Assembly (NCBI GenBank): GCA_051294905.1
Contig: CM119373.1
Span: forward strand, 4,156,001-4,220,000
Length of the DNA stretch: 64,000 nt
Direction of reading: 5' to 3'
From: Botryllus schlosseri
Lineage: Eukaryota
In this document: positions 26,656 to 36,500 of the stretch, one piece after another
Position numbering within the stretch: the first letter of the stretch is position 1
Layout: each line of letters begins with the position of its first letter
The notes under the pieces: generated by a model
The model's database searches: none
The model's input: only the letters and a program-made list of their open reading frames with translations
What the model was told of the DNA's origin: nothing
Program-made: the position numbers and the translations under genes

Positions 26656-26775
26656 GACAGTTTTGTAGGATATTTCGATAACACAACATTCGGTAACAAT
26701 AAAGTTTGGAAGAGCCTCATGTTTGTTGGAATTGGACTGACGTCTATTGCAATGGCATTAACACGACAGCGATAA
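26656..26775 (+). CDS. Bcl-2 family protein, exon 2 (rest of BH2 plus C-terminal TM anchor); 196 aa spliced
   Basis: Branch point GCTAAC at 26631, T-rich tract, TTTCAG acceptor; translates DSFVGYFDNTTFGNNKVWKSLMFVGIGLTSIAMALTRQR*. Confidence 0.88.
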   Translation, partial: DSFVGYFDNTTFGNNKVWKSLMFVGIGLTSIAMALTRQR

Positions 26776-26993
26776 GTACAGCTCGAAAGGGCTTCAAAAA
26801 ACGCCCAACAAAACTTTCAAAGATTTCCATTCTTCAAAATAGATCGATCACGGGTGGCGTCAATAGTGGTTTTCGTTGCTATGGGAGCGATATGTTTACG
26901 TATAAGCAATATCGAAGTGCATTGAGTTATGGTTATTATAAAAGGATTGTGCTTGATGATGGAATTCATACATTGCCTTTATCTCTGTAATAA

Positions 26994-27611
26994 ATGGATC
27001 GAATACGTACATTGCATGCTCCGTTTCGGATGATCGTAGCTGGTCCGAGCAGTAGCGGGAAGAGTTATTTTACTTATGAGTTGGTGAAGAACGCAGAGAA
27101 GATGATTAGACCGGCTCCTGAAAAAATTGTATGGTTGTATAATAATTATCAGGCGTTATACGATAAAATGAAAGGGGTAGAATTTTCGCAAGGGCTCTCC
27201 GAGCTCAAAAAGTTACAGAAAGGAAATAGGCACGTTCTCTTGGTGATCGACGACATGATGACGGAAGCGAAAGAGGCCAGAGATCTATTCACTCGATACA
27301 GCCATCACGCAAAGATTAGTGTCGTGTTCATTTGTCAAAATTTATTCTATAGGGGCCAAGGCTTTCGGGATATGACCCTGAGCGCGAGCTATATCGTGAT
27401 ATTTAAAAATCCCCGTGATGCGAGTCAAATCAGTTTTCTTTCACGTCAAATGTTCCCGGATAAAGCCGGATTCCTTACGGAGGCTTATAAAAAGGCAACT
27501 CGAAAACCGTTCTCGTACATACTGGTCGACGTGACGCAAGAGACAGACGAAAATTATCGTCTTCGCAGCAAAATATTCCCACATCAAAAGTTGACGGTAT
27601 ATCAAGAATAA
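26994..27611 (+). CDS. Polinton DNA-packaging ATPase (A32/FtsK-like), 205 aa
   Basis: Walker A GPSSSGKS, Walker B LLVIDD, SHH...VVFICQNLF and FKNPRD motifs. Confidence 0.95.
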   Translation: MDRIRTLHAPFRMIVAGPSSSGKSYFTYELVKNAEKMIRPAPEKIVWLYNNYQALYDKMKGVEFSQGLSELKKLQKGNRHVLLVIDDMMTEAKEARDLFTRYSHHAKISVVFICQNLFYRGQGFRDMTLSASYIVIFKNPRDASQISFLSRQMFPDKAGFLTEAYKKATRKPFSYILVDVTQETDENYRLRSKIFPHQKLTVYQE

Positions 27612-27646
27612 ATACAGCTCGCGCTACAGATTTTAGGGCATTCAAC

Positions 27647-28055
27647 ATGTCGAAGAGGGGAAGTAACATATCTCGAAAACGATTGAGCGACTATCACGTT
27701 AAATTAAAACTTTTGAAAAACGCTAAAGGGAAACAGCGAAAAGAACTTTTATCGAACAATCAATTTTTAAGTTGCGTTTGCCAGTGCGTTCATAACTTGG
27801 CTTCGGGGACAGTACGTATCTCCCCGTCTAGAAAGTTGAGGCTTGGAAAACACAAATCCGATATCAGACAATTGCTGGCGCAAAAAACTCGCAGAGGTCA
27901 ACGGAGGGTGCTACAAAAGGGTGGATTCCTCTCAGGTATAAAAAATTATGATAAAATAGCAACTTTTTTCTAATCAGTCTCTTTTAGCTATATTAGGCGC
28001 TGCAATCCCCGTCATCGGGAGTCTGTTGGGTAAACTTTTCGGAAAGAATGCGTGA
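27647..28055 (+). CDS. Small basic Polinton core protein with a C-terminal amphipathic helix; predicted spliced (exons 27647-27935 and 27988-28055, 118 aa)
   Basis: KLKLLK...CVCQCVHNLASGTV...HKSDIRQL...QKGGFLS; removing GT..AG 27936-27987 gives QKGGFLSAILGAAIPVIGSLLGKLFGKNA*. Confidence 0.75.
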
Positions 28056-28386
28056 ACTACAATTCCCCGCATTTCGAAGCAAGGACGAATGGGAAAAGAA
28101 ATTTGATAAACATATATCGAAAATTAAAAGTTCTCCATTGAATGCTTCCGAGAAACTAGCTCTGTATAGGCATGGTATTGCTCAACTGAGAAACTTGAGA
28201 AAAGACGTAGACGCAGCGACCGCCCGCCCTCCCGCCGCACACACGGGGCTCGCGAGCCCCGTAGCGAAAGAAAAGCGCCCGCAAAAGAAACGCCCGCGCC
28301 GGATTCCACAACCTTCGTTTCCCTGGCTTTATAAGAGACAGCGTAAGCCTAATCCCCGTATATACGGGAAAGAATGGGAGACGTAG
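28048..28386 (+). CDS. Basic hypothetical Polinton protein (112 aa)
   Basis: Overlaps both neighbours in the compact gene array; K/R-rich C-terminus. Confidence 0.6.
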   Translation: MRELQFPAFRSKDEWEKKFDKHISKIKSSPLNASEKLALYRHGIAQLRNLRKDVDAATARPPAAHTGLASPVAKEKRPQKKRPRRIPQPSFPWLYKRQRKPNPRIYGKEWET

Positions 28387-29371
28387 ACTATTTTGATCCG
28401 AAACAGCCCAAATCGTATAGGGGCGCTTATTTGCAAAAGGAAAAAGAATGGCTTAAAGGACAAGATACTTATACTTTTCATTTTCCGTTACGTAAGAAAT
28501 TTAGGCGTGAACGTGTAGTGGTCTCCGGTATCAATGCTCAGTTTCAGAGCGATTTGATGGATCTGCAATCTATTTCAAAGTACAATAGCGGTTTTCGTTT
28601 TGTGGTGGTCGTGATTGATATTTTTAGCAAATACCTTTGGATGATAGCGATTAAAAATAAAACTGCTTCAAGTATGATTTCTGCTTTCAAACGTGTGTTT
28701 CGTGAACGCGTACCGTTAGTGTTACAAACCGATCAAGGTAGCGAATACACCAATCGCGCTTTCCAGAACTATCTAAAGGAGAACAAAGTTAGATATTTCT
28801 ATACGAGGAGCGAATTAAAATCCTCTGTCGTCGAAAGGGTGATTCGTACTATGAAGGCGTTATGTATCGATTTTTCACAAAAAATAACACGAGGAATTAC
28901 GTGAGCGCTCTCGATGACTTTACTTACTCCTACAACAGGACGTACCATCGTAGCATTGCCATGGCCCCAAACCAAGTGAATTCGTCTAATCAGGAATCGG
29001 TTTGGAGAAGACTTTACGGGTTTCAAGAAGCTAAACAACCCGACCTCGCTGTAGGAGTACCCGTCCGTATATCGAAAATTCGAAATCTTTTTGAGAAAAG
29101 CAGCCTACCCAACTGGCAACGGGAAATTTTCTATATCGCAGACGCCCAAAAGGGAGATCCCCCAATGTATCGCTTACGTGATTACGGTGGTGAAGTCATA
29201 CAGGGTAGATTTTATAGAGAGGAGCTCCAACGCGTAAAAGAACCGCAAACTTGGCGTGTCGAGAAGATTATAAGAAGGCGTAAACGCGCGGGACGAGAAC
29301 AGTATTTAGTGCGCTGGTTGGGATATGGAAGTGGATTCGACAGCTGGGTCGATAAGAAGGATATCGTCTAG
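28374..29371 (+). pseudogene. Retroviral-type (rve) integrase with C-terminal chromodomain, frameshifted at ~28860
   Basis: D-D-E motifs QSDLMD / LQTDQGSEY / SVVERVIRT in ORF 28374. MYRFFT...YNRTYHRSI and chromodomain WRVEKII...YLVRWLGYGSGFDSWV in ORF 28862. Only 2 nt (TT) separate GCG from ATG, i.e. one base is missing. Confidence 0.93.
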
Positions 29372-29534
29372 TCGGAACCTTTATCAGTTTTTGGCGCAAC
29401 TAGTAATCATACTGGTCATCGTATCGTTCTCTCTCTATAATCTTACCATTTCGAATGGGAACAAAGAGCTTTGGATATCACTGCTCTCCTCTTGCGTTGG
29501 TTATATGCTTCCGAATCCCAAGCTCAAAATATGA
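29325..29534 (+). CDS. Small two-helix membrane protein of Polintons (69 aa)
   Basis: Hydrophobic FLAQLVIILVIVSFSLYNL and LWISLLSSCVGYMLPNP, a pattern recalled from other Polintons; its stop overlaps the next ATG (ATGA). Confidence 0.65.
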   Translation: MEVDSTAGSIRRISSSRNLYQFLAQLVIILVIVSFSLYNLTISNGNKELWISLLSSCVGYMLPNPKLKI

Positions 29535-30340
29535 GCTACGTCACGCTATTTTCGAACGCTTCCATGGATAAATTTCCTGATAATACAACAGCGAGTTATT
29601 GCGTTGAACTGGACGTCCCGAAAAACGTGGAAGATACAGAAGTTTCTCTGGCTGAGATCTCCTTCCCTACGGATTATCAAAAACAGTATAGGATCACGAA
29701 GAATAGGTATGGGATCAGATCGCAAAAGAGAACAAGAAAATTTCATTTTAAATTGGGAGAATACGACTCGTTATATGACATGTATAGATCGTTGGAAAGA
29801 GACAATCCTGATGCAAAAGTAACATGTTTCCCTGAAAATCATAGTATGTCTATCTCTATACCTCATAACGAGGTAACCGACAAATTGCGACCAGAGACGG
29901 ACATAGGGCATAGTAGCTTGCTACGCCTCGGAGAATTGTACGGTGCTCTTATGTATAAGGAAACGAAGGAGGAGTTATTGGTGTTTCATTTCCCGAATAC
30001 TAATTGTACATTGTGGAATTATTTTTTCACCGAGGGTATCATTCATTTGAACTTTCGCATGCGACATGATCCGACTATCGATTTCGTTTATGTTCATTGT
30101 AATATCATTGAGCCACAAGAAGATAGCGGTAGGCTCTTACCGTTGTTACGCGTCGTACAGGTAAACGATCGTAAATCATTTTCGAAATATTACACGAAGC
30201 CTTTTTATTTCCCTGTTAATATAAATAGGCTAGAACGTGTCGAAATATCGCTACTTGATGAGAAGGGACAGAAAATACCCTTTCGAAGTTCTCCTTCGAG
30301 TGTTGTATTGCATTTTCGTAGACGGGGAGTTGCATTATGA
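29531..30340 (+). CDS. Minor capsid (penton/PX-like) protein 1, 269 aa
   Basis: YVTLFSNASMDKFPDNT..., VSLAEISFP, FVYVHCNIIEPQ..G..LPLLRVV, YFPV...IPF...VVLHFRR: Polinton single-jelly-roll motifs. Start taken at the ATG at 29531. Confidence 0.88.
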   Translation: MSYVTLFSNASMDKFPDNTTASYCVELDVPKNVEDTEVSLAEISFPTDYQKQYRITKNRYGIRSQKRTRKFHFKLGEYDSLYDMYRSLERDNPDAKVTCFPENHSMSISIPHNEVTDKLRPETDIGHSSLLRLGELYGALMYKETKEELLVFHFPNTNCTLWNYFFTEGIIHLNFRMRHDPTIDFVYVHCNIIEPQEDSGRLLPLLRVVQVNDRKSFSKYYTKPFYFPVNINRLERVEISLLDEKGQKIPFRSSPSSVVLHFRRRGVAL

Positions 30341-31059
30341 AATATATTCATATTACGTCACACGAGTCTGATTTTACTATCGATCTCGCGAAACCGATAG
30401 ATTCTGGTGAATGGGAGATAGGGCTTGCCGAGTTGTCTTTTAAAAATAATTTTCAGCCCACGTTCGAGCCTTACGACGGCTTATTATGGTACGTGAATGA
30501 TGCGGAAGGCGATAATAATTTTTATTATTTCCCGGCTGGTGATTATCATGATAAAATTAGTTTGATGAAGCGTATCAATCACGATCAGAAAAAAGCACGA
30601 TTTATTTGGGTAGATGGTTCTGGTCCGGTCTTGATAGCGGGACCCTACAAGAGTTCCAGCGGTCCGAGACTTTTCATGGATAATAGAAACCCCGTTCTCA
30701 GAGGAGGCGCTCGTTCGGAGGTAGAGCTAGATGGTGGATTACATAGACGAAGAAAAATTCACTTTCAAGGGGAACCTGTGTCCGTGACCAACGTTTTAGT
30801 TTATACGGATGTCATCACACCTCAAATTGTAGGTGATACGAGTGCGCCTCTACTACGCAATATCCGCGTTACGACAGGAATAGATGAATATCAGCATATG
30901 CTATTCAAAAAAATATATTTCTTTCCTCTGAATACGGAGCGAGTAAGCGAGATACGCGTTATGCTTCGTGATGATAAAGGCGAAGCTATAAAGTTTGGGA
31001 ACGCGCCTCTTCATCTCACACTTGCTTTGAGACATCATGAGGAGTCATTATTGCTGTGA
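30337..31059 (+). CDS. Minor capsid (penton/PX-like) protein 2, 240 aa
   Basis: FTIDLAKPI..GEWEIGLAEL, VLVYTDVITPQIVGDTSAPLLRNI, YFFPL...IRVMLRDDKGEAIKF; paralogous to the preceding ORF. Confidence 0.88.
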   Translation: MKYIHITSHESDFTIDLAKPIDSGEWEIGLAELSFKNNFQPTFEPYDGLLWYVNDAEGDNNFYYFPAGDYHDKISLMKRINHDQKKARFIWVDGSGPVLIAGPYKSSSGPRLFMDNRNPVLRGGARSEVELDGGLHRRRKIHFQGEPVSVTNVLVYTDVITPQIVGDTSAPLLRNIRVTTGIDEYQHMLFKKIYFFPLNTERVSEIRVMLRDDKGEAIKFGNAPLHLTLALRHHEESLLL

Positions 31060-31408
31060 TCGGGAGGCGTTCAGAAACTATTATCACCAACAGAGCGGTG
31101 GTGATATCAATTTTTTTCGGGGTAAAGTGCAGAGAGGTCATGGACTTGGAAACTTATTTCGTTCGTTCGGAAGAAGCGTTATGCCCCTAATTTCGAAAGG
31201 TGCAAAATCACTCGGGAAGCGTCTACTACATACCGGTGCGCAAGTAGCCTCTGATGTTCTTAATGGAGAGAATGTCGGTGATAGTCTTAAAATACGCGGC
31301 AAAGAAGCCGCTGGGAACGCTCTCGATTCTTTACTGAGAAAAAGAAAAATGCCAAGACGGGGTCGTAAAATCGCGAAAAAGAGACGTCGCAAAGATATTT
31401 TCGATTAA
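31037..31408 (+). CDS. Conserved Polinton core/membrane-active protein (cupiennin- or adenovirus pVI-like), 123 aa
   Basis: YYHQQSGG...QRGHGLGNLFRSFGRSVMPLISKGAKSLGK, an amphipathic helix after QxGxG motifs; basic C-terminal tail. Function is inference. Confidence 0.75.
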   Translation: MRSHYCCDREAFRNYYHQQSGGDINFFRGKVQRGHGLGNLFRSFGRSVMPLISKGAKSLGKRLLHTGAQVASDVLNGENVGDSLKIRGKEAAGNALDSLLRKRKMPRRGRKIAKKRRRKDIFD

Positions 31409-31457
31409 ATATATATTGCACGGCGATAAGCATCATTTGTTACTTGAGACTTGATAG

Positions 31458-32735
31458 ATGGCGGAGTTAATTCATGTACAGTCCCCGGAGGGGGTACATC
31501 CCTCATTGGATTTATTTCACATTCCCGCGACACAGACTAGCGTTGAAAAGAAAAGAATCATCAAGATAGCGCCGATTTCGAACAACTCTAGTGTGATAAC
31601 ATTCCGCTTTGAAGGCTCAGAAGACTTTAACGATTTGAGCGAGAGCTATTTCTTATTTCATTTACAATTAAAGAAAGATGGCGAAGCAATCGGACCCGAC
31701 GATGATGTTGGAGTTGTAAATAATATCTTGGATTCCTTGATTTCTCAACTACAAATTAAAGTCGCTAACGAAACTTTGAAACAAGATATAAAAGTACAGT
31801 GTTATTCGTCCTATCTGCACAATTTATTCGCTCCGCTTGACGTGCAAAGTACCACACTGAGGGCCTCAGGATGGAGAAAAGATACTTTAGGAGAAATGAA
31901 TACGATTGGTGGAACTAACGCCTCGGCTAACAAAGGATATTACAACAGGAGTAAAGCCTATAAGGATGATAACGTGGTGGAAATACGTGCAAAAATCCAT
32001 CACGGACTATGTCTGCAAGACCGCTACATCCTACATGACGTGCCTCTCGAGTTTGAGCTTACCTTGAATCCGAAAAGCTTTTTCATGATGGGAGATGCTG
32101 GCGGTCAATTCACCTTAACGAAAAAGGAATTACAGTTATGTAGCGTACGAGTCAGCGACGATGTGAAGACAGCGATGATGGTGAATGCCCAGGCGAAATA
32201 TCCGTATATCGACATGAAATTGATCACCCGAACATTTGCGGCTGCTACGACGCAGATAGATATCGGGAATCTATATAGCGGGACTCTACCTTCTCGCCTA
32301 ATCATCGGAATGGTAGCTACGAAAGCCTTTCAAGGAGATGTTACGAAAAATCCTTATAATTTCATACACAATAATATGCAACGACTCGAACTGAAACTGA
32401 ACGGATTTCTGATTCCGGAGGGAGGTTATGAGCTAGATTTCGATAAGGGTCATTACACGGAGCTTTACCATAACCGGATTGAGGGTACGGGTGCAATGGA
32501 GAGAAACACAGGACTCCTAACACCTGAAGAGTTCGCTAGTGGTTTCTGTCTACTGGTTTATAATTTGCGCCCTGATGATTTGGATGATTGCTTTGACTTA
32601 CAAAAGAGTGGTGCCTTAAGTTTACGGATCACATTTCCTGCTGGCGGGCTAACAGCGGAAACTACTTTGCTCTGTTTCATGGAATTCCAGAAGCTATTGC
32701 AAATCAGTAGCAGTCGTAAAGTGACCGTGCTATGA
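31458..32735 (+). CDS. Major capsid protein (double jelly-roll, PY/hexon-like), 425 aa
   Basis: LIH..S.E.....LDLFHIPATQTSVE N-terminus; VNNILDSLISQL; LPSRLIIGMV...AFQGD..KNPYNF; typical size and position before the protease. Confidence 0.92.
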   Translation: MAELIHVQSPEGVHPSLDLFHIPATQTSVEKKRIIKIAPISNNSSVITFRFEGSEDFNDLSESYFLFHLQLKKDGEAIGPDDDVGVVNNILDSLISQLQIKVANETLKQDIKVQCYSSYLHNLFAPLDVQSTTLRASGWRKDTLGEMNTIGGTNASANKGYYNRSKAYKDDNVVEIRAKIHHGLCLQDRYILHDVPLEFELTLNPKSFFMMGDAGGQFTLTKKELQLCSVRVSDDVKTAMMVNAQAKYPYIDMKLITRTFAAATTQIDIGNLYSGTLPSRLIIGMVATKAFQGDVTKNPYNFIHNNMQRLELKLNGFLIPEGGYELDFDKGHYTELYHNRIEGTGAMERNTGLLTPEEFASGFCLLVYNLRPDDLDDCFDLQKSGALSLRITFPAGGLTAETTLLCFMEFQKLLQISSSRKVTVL

Positions 32736-33187
32736 ACGGGGATGAAATAGACCAAATATTGTGGTGCTGCGAGTCAACAAAACATATTTTCCTTGGCACA
32801 TTTCCTATCGATCGACTGCCGAGGCGACCCCCTCCTCCTTATGCTATCGTGATCAATTATGACGAAGCTCGAAAAATCGGAAGTCACTGGATATGCATTT
32901 ACGCGGATGAGGATGAGACACATTTTCACGATAGTTTTGGCTTAATGCCACTGAAATACGAGATTGCCTGCTTTATAGAACCAGAAAATTATACCTGCTC
33001 TATAAAGCGTCTGCAGCACAAACGTTCCAGAGCTTGCGGTCATCATTGTCTAAGCTTTATCGTCCATAAGGCGCGCGGATGGAGTACGGAACGTTATTTA
33101 AATTCCTTCGGTGAAGATCATCGCAAGAATGATTCGATCGTGCGACGCTTCGTCAAGGAGCTGAAGCAAGAATATGAAATTGTGTAA
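32732..33187 (+). CDS. Adenain-like cysteine (maturation) protease, 151 aa
   Basis: IVINYD...GSHW (His), HDSFG (Asp), LQ...ACGHHC (Gln, Cys); AATAAA at ~33199. Confidence 0.93.
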   Translation: MNGDEIDQILWCCESTKHIFLGTFPIDRLPRRPPPPYAIVINYDEARKIGSHWICIYADEDETHFHDSFGLMPLKYEIACFIEPENYTCSIKRLQHKRSRACGHHCLSFIVHKARGWSTERYLNSFGEDHRKNDSIVRRFVKELKQEYEIV

Positions 33188-33574
33188 ATGTATATGCGAA
33201 TAAAATCAATAGTTTCAAAGTTTGCTTAGTACGTTTAAGGGCGATATTCGCTACGTTCATTATAGCAATCATCTCAAAGTAGTAGACTCTAAATCAGCAG
33301 TAGCGACTTGCTTTCGGTTAGGTGATAGTGGCTACATATTACCATTATCTAGCAAGAACCAGGAATTTGTATTGAGTGACTTCGCTCCTACAGTAAACGC
33401 AGCTTACATTACGGCGGTACTGAACATCGAGTAATAAGTGGGACTATGCAGGCTACCCTTAATACGAATTTGCATTTTGCTGGTACAATCTATGCTATAG
33501 TTGAGCGACTTTGATACGACCTCGGCACACTTCTTTGATATAGCTGCGCAAAGATGTAGCCTTGAACGCTGGCT

Positions 33575-36500
33575 TGCCTTGTCATTATATGCTTGTAACT
33601 AGTTCCAGGCTTGCGGTGCTAGTCTTCTTGGCTGCATGAAATAGGATGTTTCAGCTTAAAACTCAACGCATTAGCATGCCGAATTTGTAACCATGGCGAG
33701 ATTCGAGTATTAAGCGAGGCTAGATAGTCTACCCTTGACAGAGAACTTGCATATACATTCGAATTTATGCGACTTCGGCTATATTGCCGGTTAACATTAT
33801 AGCCGTGCACAGAACTCATTATTACGTTATTAGGTATTTAAATGATGCGATATAGGGGAAATCTCGGTGTAATTCAATCTGCGCGCATTATCCATGTATG
33901 CTCCAATGCGTTTTGCGGCTTTAGTATAGGTATTGGATCTAATATATTCTATAAAACATGTACGTTGCTATATATTTATCTTAATCCGAAGTGCATTGCT
34001 GCATCGAAAAATTATAGCTATATGCGGTACGCTGTCGATTTTTCAATATTAGTCAAGAAATGAAATAGCCCACCTTCAGTGTTGCGTAATCTGCCTTGTC
34101 ATTATATGCTTGTAACTAGTTCCAGGCTTGCGGTGCTAGTCTTCTTGGCTGTGTGAAATAGGATGTTTCAGCTTAAAACTCAACGCATTAGCATGCCTAA
34201 TTTATAACCACAGCGAGATTCGAGTAATAACCGAGCCTAGATAGTCTACCTTTAACAGAAAACTTGCATATACATTCGAATTTATGCGACTTCGGCTATA
34301 TTGTCGGTTAACATTATAGCCGTGCACAGAACTCATTATTACGTTATTAGGTATTTAAATGATGCGATATAGGGGAAATCTCGGTGTAATTCAATCTGCG
34401 CGCATTATCCATGTATGCTCCAATGCGTTTTGCGGCTTTAGTATAGGTATTGGATCTAATATATTCTATAAAACATGTACGTTGCTATATATTTATCTTA
34501 ATCCGAAGTGCATTGCTGCATCGAAAAAATTATAGCTATATGCGGTACGCTGTCGATTTTTCAATATTAGTCAAGAAATGAAATAGCCCACCTTCAGTGT
34601 TGCGTAATCTGCCTTGTCACTATATGCTTGTTCCGGGCTTGCTTGCGGTACTAGTCTTCTTGGCTGCGTGAAATAGGATGTTTCAGCTTAAAACTCAACG
34701 CATTAGCATGCCTAATTTATAACCACAGCGAGATTCGAGTAATAACCGAGCCTAGATAGTCTACCTTTAACAGAAAACTTGCATATACATTGGAATTTGT
34801 GCGACTTCGGCTATATTGTCGGTTAACATTATAGCCGTGCACAGAACTCATTATTACGTTATTAGGTATTTAAATGATGCGATATAGGGGAAATCTCGCT
34901 GTAATTCAATCTGTGCTCATTATCCATGTATGCTCCAATGCGTTTTGCGGCTTTAGTATAGGTATTGGATCTAATATATTCTATAAAACATCTACGTTGC
35001 TATATATTATATATCTTAATCCTAAGTGCATTGCTGCATTGAAAAATTATAGCTATATGCGGTACGCTGTCGATTTTTCAGTATACTCAAGAAATGAAAT
35101 AGCTCATCTTCAGTGTTGCGTAATCTGCCTTGTCACTATATGCTTGTTCCGGGCTTGCTTGCGGTACTAGTCTTCTTGGCTGCGCGAAATAGGATGTTTC
35201 AGCTTAAAACTCAACGCATTAGCATGCCTAATTTATAACCACAGCGAGATTCGAGTAATAACCGAGCCTAGATAGTCTACCTTTAACAGAAAACTTGCAT
35301 ATACATTCGAATTTGTGCGACTTCGGCTATATTGTCGGTTAACATTATAGCCGTGCACAGAACTCATTATTACGTTATTAGGTATTTAAATGATGCGGTA
35401 TAGGGGAAATCTCGCTGTAATTCAATCTGTGCGCATTATCCATGTATGCTCCAATGCGTTTTGCGGCTTTAGTATAGGTATTGGATCTAATATATTCTAT
35501 AAAACATGTACGTTGCTATATATTTATCTTAATCCGAAGTGCATTGCTGCATCGAAAAATTATAGCTATATGCGGTACGCTGTCGATTTTTCAATATTAG
35601 TCAAGAAATGAAATAGCCCACCTTCAGTGTTTCGTAATCTGCCTTGTCATTATATGCTTGTTCCGGCCTTGCTTGCGGTGCTAGTCTTCTTGGCTGCGTG
35701 AAATAGGATGTTTCAGCTTAAAACTCAACGCATTAGCATGCCTAATTTATAACCACAGCGAGATTCGAGTAATAACCGAGCCTAGATAGTCTACCTTTAA
35801 CAGAAAACTTGCATATACATTCGAATTTGTGCGACTTCGGCTATATTGTCGGTTAACATTATAGCCGTGCACAGAACTCATTATTACGTTATTAGCTATT
35901 TAAATGATGCGATATAGGGGAAATCTCGCTGTAATTCAATCTGTGCGCATTATCCATGTATGCTCCAATGCGTTTTGCGGCTTTAGTATAGGTATTGGAT
36001 CTAATATATTCTATAAAACATCTACGTTGCTATATATTATATATCTTAATCCTAAGTGCATTGCTGCATTGAAAAATTATAGCTATATGCGGTACGCTGT
36101 CGATTTTTCAGTATACTCAAGAAATGAAATAGCCCACCTTCAGTGTTGCGTAATCTGCCTTGTCACTATATGCTTGTTCCGGGCTTGCTTGCGGTACTAG
36201 TCTTCTTGGCTGCGCGAAATAGGATGTTTCAGCTTAAAACTCAACGCATTAGAATGCCTAATTTATAACCACAGCGAGATTCGAGTAATAACCGAGCCTA
36301 GATAGTCTACCTTTAACAGAAAACTTGCATATACATTCGAATTTGTGCGACTTCGGCTATATTGTCGGTTAACATTATAGCCGTGCACAGAACTCATTAT
36401 TACGTTATTAGGTATTTAAATGATGCGGTATAGGGGAAATCTCGCTGTAATTCAATCTGTGCGCATTATCCATGTATGCTCCAATGCGTTTTGCGGCTTT

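Noticed and set aside
26706..26990. 94-aa ORF between Bcl-2 and the ATPase
   Set aside because: Non-ATG start, overlaps Bcl-2 exon 2 out of frame, no motif.
26991..26996. TAAATG (poxvirus late-promoter-like) at the ATPase start
   Set aside because: A single 6-mer in AT-rich DNA, not repeated at the other structural gene starts.
28851..28904. Programmed -1 ribosomal frameshift in the integrase
   Set aside because: No X XXY YYZ heptamer in frame before the conserved MYRFFT; mutation or sequencing error is more likely.
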